Positions 50,513 to 62,825 are shown, counted from the first letter of the whole stretch. The stretch: DNA of 63,916 nucleotides, filler included, from Basidioascus undulatus (GCA_000826855.1; 3 parts of 3 records of this genome joined end to end with filler, not necessarily neighbours in it); one strand, 5' to 3'. A program made the numbers and translations. Notes: generated from the sequence alone by a model not told the origin.

Positions 50513-51157
50513 ATGCATCCAATCAGTCCATCCGTCCGTCAGTCCTCTATATCCGTATATCCATCCATCGATCTACTGTCCATCGATCTACCGTCCATCC
50601 CTCCCGGAGGTGCACCGCCTCACTTCGACCCCGCCCCGCACCAGCACCACGTCCAGTTCGCGCCGCCGCCGCCCGCGTCCCTACCCCCTCCGCCAGACCC
50701 GTTCATGACCGACATCTTCTCGCGCACAGGCTGGTGAGCCCTTCTCCTAAACACCCCATAGGCTTTTACCGCGCCGCTTATCACGCATGGGCTCGAGCTG
50801 ATGTCTCCGCTGTTTCTTAGGTACGCCGACGGCGACTTCGGCCTGCTCGGCGTCTCACCCGGGGCAGACGATGATGCGTTCCTCTCGCAGCTCCTGCGGC
50901 TCTCGCACCCGCACCAACAGCAGCCGCACCAACCTCCTCCGCACCATGCGCATCCGCCCCCACACCAGAACCACCATCCCCATCCTCATCCCCCGCCCCC
51001 GCCCCAACCGCAACCTCAACCACCACAGCCTTCGCAACAACCGGCCCCGCCACAACCGCCGCAGGAGCTCGGCCCGACCACGCCCGGCGGGAGCGGGCTG
51101 GACATACTCGCCCTCGCGTCGGAGCAGGGCGCGGCGGAGGGATGGAGAGGACGGTGA
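50513..51157 (+). CDS. Short two-exon Pro/Gln/His-rich ORF resembling a transcription-factor C-terminal tail; possibly a fragment
   Basis: PPPPDPFMTDIFSRTG(W) / intron ~50734-50820 / YADGDFG...QPPPHH...GLDILALASEQ. Codon usage is GC-rich like the genuine genes. No DNA-binding domain is visible upstream. Confidence 0.45.
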
Positions 51158-51760
51158 TGAGATTTGATTGAGCGCGTTTATTGTACTGGCTGGACGCTTG
51201 CGTGCAAATCGCGATGGAAAGAAGTAGGAAAAGCTGTGCTTCCGCGAACGGCCACGAATGGCTTCCGGTACGTGGAAGCCGCGAAAGTGACTGTGAGATA
51301 GAAAGCCCGTGGAGTGCGGAGCGAACAGCTGCCTCTCCAGACCGCCGCGCTACGTGAACGGACTCGACATTCAGTACAGCAAGGGTCGTGTCTCGCCGGC
51401 TGCTTCGTTTTGACTGTGAATCAGTCAGAATTTACCGACTCCAAATCTGGCAGGGACAGCTGGAGGACTCGAATCGACCTTGTAAATATATTAGGCTTCT
51501 CAGGTGACTTTTGCAAGCGCCAAAGGGGTTGCGGTTGCGAGGCCCGGTTCGCTGCCGCCTTCCTCGTCTCGCACGGGATCTTCGCGGCATACTTTCGCTG
51601 TTGTGCTGCTCCCTGCGGCCGTTTTGAAGAGGATAATTGACGTCCCATGACCATGGTTATCGCAGCAATGCAGGAGGAGCCGAGGCTGACTTCTCTAGCA
51701 GCGGCACCTCCGGCCCAAAACCAGTCATTGCAGGCTGCCCCGTCTTGCATATCCCGCCGC

Positions 51761-51768
51761 ATATAAAA
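51761..51768 (+). promoter_or_regulatory. TATA box of the pectin methylesterase gene
   Basis: ATATAAAA about 60 bp upstream of the ATG at 51826. Confidence 0.55.
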
Positions 51769-51825
51769 GACGTCCGAGTTGGAAGTCCCGCATGTCCTCG
51801 TTTCTCCATACTTTCTCTTAAGAAA

Positions 51826-53494
51826 ATGCTTCTTAGTCCTCTCCTGTTCCTCTCTGTCCCCGCCCTCGTTCTTTCAGCCTCGCGTCTCACTCCGGCCTCC
51901 GGCGCTCTCGTCGTCCGCTCTGGGACGGCCTCCTCGAATGAGTATTCCACAGTTCAGAAAGCCGTAGACGCTCTGGGCAGCAACGGAGGAGAAATTTTTG
52001 TGTATGCTGGCACGTACAAGGAGCAGGTCTTTTCTAGAAAAGAAGGGAAAGGTGGTCATTACGGGCGAGACCGAAGACGACAGGCAAGTGGGCAGGATCA
52101 ACCTCGAACGTGGATACTCAGTCTGATGAGCTGGGAGAGCAGCGGATATGAGGGCAACAAGGTCACCATAACGGCGGGTGTGACTGCCGCTCAAGCGGGG
52201 TCCAACGATGCCTCGGGAACGCTGCGGTGAGTCTCTCGCTGAGTACTCCATTCCGAAAAAAAGTCAGCTTACGCAATTATTTTGGATGACCTTCCTCAGC
52301 GTTCAGTGAGTTTTCTGCTGCTTGTTAAACTGACTTTCGGACGTGATGGACTGACGATCTCGCCATGACAGCCAAGACAACTTTGAGCTCCGCAACATCA
52401 ACGTCGTCAACTCTGCGGGCGACGTCGGGCAGACCATTGCTTTGAGCGCTTACGGAGAGAAGCAGAGCTACTATGGGGTGGGTCTTTACGGGTACCAGGT
52501 GAGCAGAGAACATAGCTCTGTTCGCTGTTTCCCAAGGTACTCATGGACTTAGCAACCTGATAGGACACCCTGCTTGCCAACACCGGCAGCCAGTTCTTCG
52601 GGTCGTCCTACATTGACGGAGCCGGTGAGAACCTTTTGTTGATGAAAGTTATGCAGCGCACGCCACATCTTTGACGGCGCATCATCTTCCTCAAGTCGAC
52701 TTCATCTTCGGCCAACTTGCCAAGTCATACTTCTATGAGACGACAATTGCTTCGAAGGGGCCTGGTGTAAGTTTGACTACCAATACTGTACATTAAAAGA
52801 GCGAGATTTTCCTTCATGTTCACGCATTGGCGATACGTTCACAGCACATCACCGCCAACGGACGCACCGAGGCAAACGGTCCTTCCATCTACGTGATCGA
52901 CAACTGGTGCGTATTGAGTTGACAATCTGCCCTTCTGCTGGCCAGCTGATCTTTGGTGCATATCCAGTGACATTGTTCGCCATTTTCGGCTGTACCACTC
53001 ACTTCTGTGCGATTTCTGAACTGCTTGCGATATCCACCAGGTGCTCGCCAGTAACGCTGAATCCAGGACGTCAGGCGGGGTCGACCTTGGTCGCCCATGG
53101 CGTCCGTACGCCCGCGTCGTCTATCTCAACTCTCGTATCGGAGGGCACGTCAAGCGGGAGGGATGGAGTATCTGGAACTCTGGCGACGAGCGCACGGACG
53201 GTGTTCTCTTTGCGGAGTACAATAACAGTGGAGATGGTGAGCGTTATGGTATCTCATCAGATATGGGGAGTTGTGCTTGATGTCCATACGCATGATTCAA
53301 AAAATAGGTGCTTGGAACAGCAACCGAGTGTGAGTTAGAAGCAGTTCGCTTGTGCTCATTGGTACCGTGAACAGAGAGCTGACGTTTAAGGTATCCAGGT
53401 CGTTCGCGAATCCGAGAGCGAGGCGGCCTCCTACAGCGCTGCAAAGATTCTTGACAGCATCAGCTGGATCGATACGGCATACTACCACGCTTGA
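51826..53494 (+). pseudogene. Secreted pectin methylesterase (CE8) with two apparent frameshifts
   Basis: Signal peptide, YSTVQKAVDAL, IFVYAGTYKEQV, GSNDASGTLR, QTIAL, GYQDTL, GAVDFIFG, LGRPWRPYARVVY, FAEYNNSG and SWIDTAY. There is an extra T at ~52030-52033 and a frame change at ~53410 in the last exon. Confidence 0.85.
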
Positions 53495-54170
53495 CAGCCT
53501 TTGAATTACTGTCTCCATATCCAAGCAGCAGCTTTCGCGATATCGTATGAGATGCATGCCCCGTTCAAACTCAAAAGACCCATCTTGAGCTCCCTACAAC
53601 AAACCTGGCAAGCTTGGGCAAACACCGCAACCAAATTGTGAAAAAGGGCCGTAGATTGTGCATGCAAGAGGAAACGCGAACTGAGGGGAACAAAGAACGA
53701 AGCAGTGTGATCAGGCGTGGGCGAGAAGGAAAGCTTGTAAAGTTTGGATTTCATGGGGTCTCATGGCCCTTGCGGTCGGAGATGCATATCAAAGGGAGAA
53801 GGGATATGAGCACCAAAGGGATTGCTGAAGTCAGCTGCATCGGCACCTGTCTCTGGTCCCGGATGGCGCGAATAGCCAATTTCATCGGTACGGTCGCTCT
53901 TTGCACTTTGTTGGAAACTGCAAGCAGACTGTGGCACCACCGTGCAGAGGCCAAGGCTCTGAAAAGTTGGAAGCGCTGTCTGGACACAGTCATCTGACTC
54001 GTGAATGCTTATTAGTCGCGTCAACCACGGTGAGAAGCTTGATGAAGTTCTGTCGCCCGGTCCGCACTGCATCACCTCCTTTGCTCTCATTACTCCATCA
54101 ACAGTCGCCCCTCCTGTCCTCGCTCTCCGCCACCCTTTCCCTCCTCCCAAAGCTTTGCTTCGTTTCGAAT

Positions 54171-55500
54171 ATGAGTCAGGGTGTGAGCACCGCGCCGGTT
54201 CCGATCAGCCCCCCCGCCGCTACAGCCGGAACGGCGAAGGTCGACACGCCATCGAAGTAAGCCTCGGTTTCTTACCTCTCCAATTTGTTTTACCTGTTTG
54301 GTCAATCTTGTTACATTCTTACAGGACGGCCTCTGAAGGGTCGGGCCAACGACAACCCGACGCCCTCGAGGAGCTTGTGCAGCATAACAAGGAGCTCAGG
54401 GCGAGTCACGAGCTTCGTTTTGTTATTCACATCAGTAACAGACGACCTCTTTTGCCCAGACATGCCTATCCCGAAAGTTCCTGCCGTGAGCGCGAGCGCA
54501 TGGAATCCTCTCCATAGCTCGACTATGGTCGAGATTGACAAGCAGAGCGAGAAGTGGGGCGGAAGTCTGTATGTACTCGTCTCGTCTTTGTGCGTACTTT
54601 ACGTGGCGTGTTGTGAGAAGGGCATGCTCATGGTGTAGCTTCAGATCGGTCTCTTCTCTGCGATCGTCACCGCCTTTCTCGTCGAGTCGCTCGGGAGCCT
54701 CAAGCTCGACGAGGCGGCGCGGACGAACGAGCTTCTGGCAAACCTCACCGAATCGTCATCAAGGTCAGCGGCGCCGATGCGGTTAGCTTGAACCTGACCG
54801 CTCCCGACGTCTTCGAGCCGGACTTGAACGACGTTCGTCTTAACGTCTACTGGTCGCTGTGGCTCATCATAAGCGTGAGCTTGGAACATCCGTGCACCAG
54901 AGTACTGTACCGTGAAATCCGACTGGACGGTAGCTCTTGCTGTTATCGCCATACTCGCCGTGGCCGGCCGGGCGTTCATCGCTGGTCTGATTCAATCCAG
55001 ACATTCTAGCGCGTTAAAAAAGCGCACTGACATTCACCAGCGCTGGAAGGCTTCGCAAAGCTCTCTTTCCCTTTCATCAGCTGCTTGCCGGCGCTCCTTA
55101 TCGTACCCGTCGGGCTCTTCATAGCTGCTTGCTGGATAACCTCTTTTCGATCGCATTCCAACTCTCTGCTCCTTCGCTTTCGCTCCTCGCCTCTTCTGGG
55201 CTTTCAGCCAGCTGTTGCAGCTGTGGTGGCCTTTCCGCTCGCAACGCTCGTGCATAGCAAAATCCTCTTCATTCGAACACCGCTGTCGCAGTTTTTCGTC
55301 AAGCGGCCAGAGCAGGAGCTTTTCGAGGAAGCGGACACCCCGTCACATCTTACAGAGTGACAAACTGCTGTCTTTCATACGGTCGTTCGGGGTTCGGGGA
55401 ACAGTCGAGGACGAGCATCTTGAGCAGGACCTCACTATCTCCTCCACCATCCGCCTCAATCCGAACTGCCCGATCTTGCTCGCGACGGTCGGGTGGAGCA
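54171..55500 (+). pseudogene. DUF6535-domain membrane protein pseudogene
   Basis: EIDKQSEKWGGSL / QIGLFSAIVTAFLVES...ARTNELLANL, FEPDLNDVRLNVYWSLWLII and LPALLIVPVGLFIA match the DUF6535 pattern (GLFSA.VTAF..ES; VR.N..W..SL; LP.LL...V.LF). Several frame changes. Confidence 0.65.
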
Positions 55501-55549
55501 TGAGCTTGTCGACAGCGGTCGCGATGAGCGTCTCGCGGTGCGCCGACTG

Positions 55550-55950
55550 GAAGATGGGCGAGCACGTCCGTGACGACTTCCCCGACGTGCTGAACAATCG
55601 GACCCGCGTACGGGTCAAACTGGATTGCCACGGCGACACAGCCGCTGATCGCCGGCGGCGATGGGGATCGCGTAGTCGCGCTTGCGGGAGACGATGCGCT
55701 CGATGCCGCGTCCGATGCGCTCGCCTTCGATGCACGCGAGCTTGCGCCGCTCGACTTGAGCGGGACATGCCGAGGCCGACCCCAGTGAGGGGGTTGATCA
55801 TGGCCCCGACCGCGCCGAAGCCGAGCAAGACACGTGTGCCCAGAAGCGCCTTGCGCTTCTCCTGCTCCTTGTTGGCGGGCTCGAAGTTGCTGAAGAAGCG
55901 AGTATGAGTAGACCTGCTTGTCGAAGTGAAGGACGTCTTCGAGCCCCATC
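55550..55950 (-). pseudogene. Degenerate hypothetical fungal gene fragment
   Basis: Protein-like pieces in alternating frames: MGLEDVLHFDKQVY, KEQEKRKALL...GFGAVGAMINPLTGVGLG and KRDYAIPIAAG. Confidence 0.3.
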
Positions 55951-56615
55951 GTGAGTGAGCGATGCGGGTATGTATGGGAGAAGCTGATCGGTGGTTTTTG
56001 AGCGAGGGGTGGTCAGTCTTGAGCGTGAAGCGCATGGAGCCATAGACAAGAGAGAGAAGGGCAGGGGTGATGTGATGAGTTTAGCAGCCTTGATCCGCGT
56101 TCACCACGTATCGATGCGACGGGATCGAAGTAGACGTGCAGCAGCGCAGTGCTTGCATATCAACCCAAAATGCGAAAGCGGATCCGATGCAATCGGAGGA
56201 CGACGACGAGGAACAGTGCTGCCCCCCCCACCCTTTTTTTTCCGGCCCGCAAGCAGCAGGTAAGCGGACCGGACAAAAGCCAAGAGAGACGCATCACAAC
56301 GCTCATGATCTGCTGCTCGACGTCGCTCGCCATAAGTCACCGCGCCTTCCACGCCGGACGCGGATCCCGACCCTACCTCGCTTCTTGCTTGTCATCCATG
56401 CCTAGCTTCTGCAGCGTGCGTCGCGCGTCAGTCCAAGGTCGAGGGCGGAGCAGAACGGGAAGGGGACATGAGGGAATGCACACTTGAACGCCGAAAAGGC
56501 CGGGGTCGCGCAGCGCGCAGCAGCGTTCGCGTCCCTCAACCTTCCCCTCGGGCTTGTGAAGCCTGAGCAGCATGATGAGTGGGATGACGAGCGGTCACTT
56601 TCAATGGGGTGGAAG

Positions 56616-56661
56616 TGCGACTGCGAGTGCGAGTGCGAGTGCGAGAGCGCGTGCGAGTGCG
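56616..56661. repeat. (TGCGAG)n hexanucleotide microsatellite
   Basis: TGCGAC TGCGAG TGCGAG TGCGAG TGCGAG AGCGCG TGCGAG TGCG. Confidence 0.8.
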
Positions 56662-56942
56662 GTTCCGAGGTCAAGCGTGGGTGCGGAGCGATCGAAGACG
56701 GCGCGGACGCGGTCGAAAGATGGGCGAATGAGTTGAGACAGTTCGAGTTGTCCGCGATGGAGCAGTGATGGCACAGCAGAGCAGAGCGTGCATGTCAACT
56801 CAACCCGGAAAAGAGCGAGACGCAGATCCAATGCAAGACGGAGAAGACCACAGGATCCTGGTGCCGGCCGTGCGTCCGATCAGTCTTGGCAGTTCGGTTC
56901 CCAAAGAGAGCGCGGGGGCGAAAAGAAGACGCACCACCAGCG

Positions 56943-58403
56943 CTACGCCTCCGCGCGCACCTCCGCGTCCACCCCTCCATCCACCGCCTTCCTCTTATGC
57001 CACATCGCGAGTCCCAGCACGAGCGGAAGCTGCAGCAGACTCGCATGGAACAGCCGTCTCGCGCTCTGCTCCCCGACGCCCCCGCCCTTTACCTCCCTCC
57101 AGAACCGCACCGCCATCCAAGCAAACGGCACGTTCACCACCGCGCTGCTCACCGCGAATCCCCAGTCCGTCAGGCCCGCCCAGGGGAACCCGATGCTGCA
57201 CAGCGGGAGGAGCGCGAGTGCATGGCGGAGCGAGACGCGCGCTGCGTGCACGGGTGAGGAGACGGAGAGCATGCTGTACCCGGCGGAGGCGTATTGCGGC
57301 CGGAGGAGGTGGGAGAGCGCGAAGAAGTGCGGGAATTGCCAGGTGTAGAGGAGGAGGGGGAGGGAGAGGAGCGCGAGGGTCGGGCGGTAGGGGGAGAGGG
57401 ACGCGGAGAAGGATTGGAGAGCGGTGGTTGGGCAGGACGAAGAGGAGGAGGAGAGGGAAGAAGAGAAGGGGGGAGGGGAAGGAGAGGTGCTGGAGGAGGG
57501 GAAGATCGAGCCAGTGCAGGCCGTCCAGCCCATGAGGGGCGGAATCCCGCCGACGAGGCTGCCCACCCACGTATTCACGACATGGAGCCTCTTAAGCGGG
57601 GTGTACACGCCCGCGTAGAGCCCGATGTTCGCCGCCCCGAGCGCAGCCGTCGTGCCGTTCACGCCTGCCCACAGAACGCCCACGCCCGCGAGCCCCGCAA
57701 CCAGCGCGAACCCCGCCGCGTGGAGGGGGGATACCGCGCGAACGACAAGGGGTCGCGTGCGCGTGCGCGCCATCTGCGCGTCGACCGGGCTCTCGAGGAG
57801 CTGGTTCAGTGCGTTGGCGGAGGCGGAGCAGAGTGCGGTCCCGAGTGCGGTGGAGAGGAGAACCTGCACGCCGAGCTGCGTGGGCGTGGGCGTGGGTAGG
57901 TCGAGCAGGTCGTAGATCAGTGGCGGGGAGGAGGGGGAGACCGGGCACAAAGCGTAGCCCGCCATGGCGGTCAGGACGACGAGGAACGTCAGGCGCGCTT
58001 TGGAGAGGGACTTGTAGTGCGCTAGAAGCCGGGGGAGGGTGAGCGGCGGGAGCGAGCGCCAGGAGGTGGAGGGGACGGTGTGCGTGGGGGGAGGGCAGGC
58101 GAAGATGTGTGGGAGGTCGGAGGAGGGCCGGAGGGAGGGGAGCGAGGGAGAGGAGGGGGGCCGCCAGAGCGTCTGGGAGGTGGAGGAGGGAGAGGCGCTG
58201 GAGGGTGAGAAGTACGCCCCGCAAGTGGAGGAGGGTGAGGTGCTTGTGCTTGTGCGGGATGGGGAGGAGGGCGAGGAGCGGAGGAGGGGGGACGAGGAAA
58301 GGTGCCGTGGTCGGAGGAGCCGGAGGGGCGCGGGGTGGGGGAGGCATGATGATCGGCAGAACAGGAGCGCCGGCGGCGGCGCGAGGCGCGGTATGGTGAA
58401 CAT
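56943..58403 (-). CDS. COX10: Protoheme IX farnesyltransferase (heme O synthase), mitochondrial
   Basis: LSKARLTFLVVLTAMAGY, SASANALNQLLE..DAQMARTRTRPLV, LYAGVYTPLKR...NTWVGSLVGGIPPLMGW, WQFPHF and ARRLFHASL. The N-terminus is an Arg/Ser/Pro-rich transit-like peptide. Single 486-aa ORF. Confidence 0.96.
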   Translation of the reverse strand: MFTIPRLAPPPALLFCRSSCLPHPAPLRLLRPRHLSSSPLLRSSPSSPSRTSTSTSPSSTCGAYFSPSSASPSSTSQTLWRPPSSPSLPSLRPSSDLPHIFACPPPTHTVPSTSWRSLPPLTLPRLLAHYKSLSKARLTFLVVLTAMAGYALCPVSPSSPPLIYDLLDLPTPTPTQLGVQVLLSTALGTALCSASANALNQLLESPVDAQMARTRTRPLVVRAVSPLHAAGFALVAGLAGVGVLWAGVNGTTAALGAANIGLYAGVYTPLKRLHVVNTWVGSLVGGIPPLMGWTACTGSIFPSSSTSPSPPPFSSSLSSSSSSCPTTALQSFSASLSPYRPTLALLSLPLLLYTWQFPHFFALSHLLRPQYASAGYSMLSVSSPVHAARVSLRHALALLPLCSIGFPWAGLTDWGFAVSSAVVNVPFAWMAVRFWREVKGGGVGEQSARRLFHASLLQLPLVLGLAMWHKRKAVDGGVDAEVRAEA

Positions 58404-61400
58404 GGTGGTCGTCCTGGAGGGCGATCAAGGTAAGTCGCAGGTTCAGGATCGACGCCAGGAAGGGGAGGAGAGGAAGAAGGCTTCCACGCACCTAGCGAAT
58501 CCTGATCCTGCCAGAAGATACCCCTCCTTAAAGCGTATTCCCTTGATGTAAGTGTGTAAAAGGAAACAGCCTTCCAAGGAAGGCGCGTAGAAAGCGAAGG
58601 GTGGTGGGGGCAAGAGCCAACGGGGAAGAGAAGACGACCGCGACGGGGGGGATCGTCGCCAAACAGCGGATCGGGATTCGCTGCCCCGCTGAAGTGCCTC
58701 GCGGGCTTGACTTTTCTCGTCCCGCTTGCTACTCCCGTTCACTTTTCAAGTCAGAGTATCTGCGCCGCAATAACTACTGAAAATGTATGTCAGTTCAATG
58801 GTATCAAAGTAGACCACCGTAAGAAAGGGTCGAGCAGCAACTTTGCGTGTCAGGGAAACCGTCTCTTTCTTGCTCCGTCGTCCGCGCCTGCACGCATTGT
58901 GGAAGCTGCACTAGGCGTGACCTTCTTTTTCAATGGAAATGTTTTGCCTTTTGTAAAGGCATTGTGGTAGATGGCTTGGGATAGTCGGTGTGGACCACAT
59001 ACGGTGCATGCAGTGGGAGAGGCAGGCTGCTGGGGTTTCGTTCCACTGCCCGCTGCATTCGGCTCGAAAAGGTATCTCCCAACTGGCAGCCTGAATCGAT
59101 GTCCAGCGCACCAGCACTGCTCGACGCGCTCAGCTCTAAGCCCGGCTCAAGGGCATACACAACAATTCCTATGAACGACATTCAAAAGGCAAAGAAATCG
59201 AGACTTTCGAGTTGGACTGGGAAGGGTGGTCGAGCATGGGGAAGGGGGAAGGGCAAAAAAGGGCCGGCGTAGGTGGGCGGGTCGAGGGGATTGGGTTAGG
59301 ACTGCTCGGGTTTGGGATGGCTTGGATTATTAGCAATAGGTTTCTATTCCCCTGGAGCTTGTCGATTGAATGCACTTAAGATCGAGAGGCTCTGATGGAC
59401 GTGCACTCAAAGGAAGGCACAGCGTCAACAACAGCCAGGTGGAAACGATGAACCTTCGGCAGCCACGCAACGCTTCAACTATCCTCGCCGACCGTGTGTG
59501 AGGACAGCGTTCTCAGAACGAAAGCATATGGGCCAGTCTGCTGCAGCAATACGATCGAATCGAGTGGAAGGCGAGAAAGGGTCAGCAACACGGACGGACG
59601 CGATGGGCGCCGAGCAAGCCAGAGAGCCCGTGAGCGAAACAAGTTAAATTAATCGGACATGGAATCCAATGAGCAAGATTACCGAAGCTCAGCAACAGGT
59701 GATCAATCGACCACTGGGCCCAACAAAGAGTGCGCCCCCTGGTACAAGATGAGATGACATGAGAGGAGGGGGCGAGGACGCCGTCAAGGGACGCCCTGCC
59801 TTCCCTTTCGGAAAGACGAGGAGGCTGCAGCGGCCTCTAGACCACAGCAGAAAGCCTCAATTTGCGACGCCCCGTCTGCAATAACACGATCCCGAGCTTA
59901 CCTTGTACTTACCATCCCAACGTGTGCAGCTTGTCAGTCTGTGGAACGAGAAGACATCCGAACATAAGGGGATGTACACGGTGCGGTTGCCGTGCGGTGC
60001 CCAGATCGCAGAAGAAAAGTCTATCAGTGTTTGTTCTTTTCATCGGGGAAGACGAAGGGATTTTTTTTTAAAAATAGGCCCACTGGTTGGAATTCTTTCG
60101 CGCGTACGCCGTGTTCTCTACCCGTCCTCTGAGCTTGTGAGGTGGACGCAGTCAGCGACACAGTGGACGGGACGAGGGTTCTGCTGAGGGAGGGTTAGAA
60201 TTGAATAGAATGAAAGCCGAAGTGCGGCGCGAAAGGGTTTCCGAGGTGAATATGGTAGGCGTGGAGCGATCGAAGAGGGAGGAGACGCGCACGAGATTCC
60301 TGATCCTGATGTGTAGGCCCATTCGTCGTAGATCAATAAGAAACGAGGAGAGGCGCGGACGCAGAGCAGCGGGTGCAAGCCGAGCCCGAGAAGAAATAAA
60401 CTGCGGATCTGATGTGAAATGCGAGGCCAGTAACTTCAGGCAAAGGGACATGAATCTGCTGGGACGACGCTGCGCCGCCCGCCCTTCGTCAGCTCCGCAT
60501 TTCCTGCAGCCAGCCACACGAATGGGACAAATACAGGACGCACCCTCGTGCTAGCGGACTGGCGACCATTATTCATTAGTAATCTCAGAGTGCGATTGTA
60601 ATGGCGGGCGATCAACGTTTCCCGGGGGGTAGGTAGACGAGCGGAGAGTTACTGAGAGGATGCGTTAAGGATGAAAAGCAATGGGGGATTTTGGCATTCC
60701 ATTACACATTGATGTGGGCCGGAAATCATTCTGTGCAGCGCGCGAGGTTGCGAAGCGGATCAGCAATTGAATGCTGCTCCTTCGGAAACCTGCCCCTTTG
60801 GAAAGCCTGCCCTTCGAAGCGATGCACTTCAGGTGTTCCAGGTACCAGTTTCAGGAACCCTGTCCTTTCCACAACTCATGTTCAAATGCAATCAATGTGC
60901 GAGCCTGGATCATCACCGGCAGTGAATCTGACGGAGCTGCCCGACTGCAATGCATGCCTCACCACACCACGGCCGGCACTGCATGCGTCCTCAAGAAACG
61001 GTTCTTGTCATACCAAGAGGAGGCAGGCGAGTTTTTCTGGCATAAAGTATGGTCTGCATGCGCATTGAAATGAAACGAAGGAGACTGTCGAGCTTTGTAC
61101 GACGAAGTCTGGACAGTGCCATCGCAGGGGGGGGTTCCGATGGAGAAGGGCGACAATGGTCAGCTTGAACGTCTTCAAAGACACCGTCGGAGACTATGCT
61201 TGACCTTTCATTCGAAAAAAAAGCAGGACGCAAATGCGGATTGAAAGGATGCAGTGACGAAGTGTGATTGAGAAAGACGCTGTGGTGTACTACTCAAGCA
61301 ATCCAACTTCCGTATTGAGCACGGTGTAGGGCCCAAACTGCCGAACATTTTTTCCTGGAACTTCAACGAGCTTACAGCATACACAAACACACGTTCTGCT

Positions 61401-62825
61401 GGCTCATCCGCCCGGTCCAGCCGAGATGCAGTCCGTAGTCAGCCATGCAGTTTCCAGCGGCATCCCACAACTTCCGGCGACCTGCTGCCTGCGCAGCGTC
61501 CTGCAAGCCGCAAGTCGCAATCGCATCCCTGCCAGCCCCGAACAACCCGTTTCAATATCAAATACCACGCTGCTGCCTAAGCGCCCCCAGAACGCTAGCT
61601 ATGGCGGCTGGCCGTGCGGCCCGGCGTCTGCACTCATCGGGCGAAGACCGTCTCGCGCCCGATATGTTCCCAAGCTCCTGCCTCACTCGAGATGAATGCA
61701 GCTGGTACTATATTGTTTATCCCAGCTTGCTCCCAGGCAGCGAACTCCGATCGAACTGCCGGAGTTCCTTTTTCGGAGACAGCGACCACCTCTGCTCGCC
61801 CCCGAGAGTACTACCAGAGTGTAGTAAATTTCAATGGAATGCTTCATAGAACATATTTTACACTGTAATTACTTGAGCACCTGTCCTCTTTGTGCTCAGA
61901 CAGCTTCGCACGCCGTCGCGTGTCCACTGCTAGGCAACGCACACCGAGCGATGTGCCCCTGCCCTCGGTACCGACACAATGTCACGGTGCTGGACCAGCG
62001 CCTGGCGGAGGTGTATTCTGCCTTTGACCGATCCGAGCGACGAATCGGAGCTTGGACTGGGCCAGTTGCAAACGTTCGTTGTTGCCGGGAGGATGTTGGC
62101 CCCTCTGTCGGTGTACCGCAGCTACGCACTCCTGAAATGGGTTCCCTCGAACAATATTGCGTTGTCCGCATCTACCCTTGAAACATTGTGCAAGTACGAT
62201 TGAGCAGCGTCAAAGTGAGCCACACCCAACGGAAAGGCTTAGGAACCCAGCGCCATCAGCACCGCCATGACTGGCAACCGTGACGTGCCGGAGCTGGGTC
62301 CCGCGGACACGCTCCAGTCCACTAAAGACATCGTTCGCTGCATCCTCAAAGCGCCAGAAGCACCCCAAAAAACAGCATTACAGGCGTCGGCGCTGCTGGA
62401 AGCCGTTGGCCCGGAGGCGGTTCGTCCCAACGCTGTGCCCTCTGCGTGCCTACCTACCTAATGCTGCGACCTCCATTGGGAACATTCAAAAACTACCGTC
62501 TCCCCAGGAGCTGCGTGTGCTCACCTTGCCTCTGCGCAAATGCCGTTGCCCGATCCTCGACCGCATGGTGGGCATCTGTGCTGGTGCGAATCAGTCCCCT
62601 GAACCCAGGTGCGGAGTCGCCCACGAAACCGTACTCCGCCAGACCCCGCAGATCGCGCGCGTTGCAGGCTGCAAGCTCGATGGTCAGTATCGCAGCAGCG
62701 CTGCGTAGCGCACCCTCAAAGTGCACAAGACAGCGTCCTGCACGAAACGAAAAATGAAAAAGGTGCGAAATGCGATGGCGATGCTACTCCCTCCCCTCCC
62801 TCCCCTCCGCCCAACTCCGCCTGCC

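Noticed and set aside
1..58403. A copper-related cluster (P1B ATPase, copper amine oxidase, COX10)
   Set aside because: The three genes are on three different concatenated contigs.
58700..62700. Short ORFs between COX10 and the RING-like fragment
   Set aside because: No recognisable domains and frequent stops. They may be decayed gene remnants but cannot be supported from the sequence alone.
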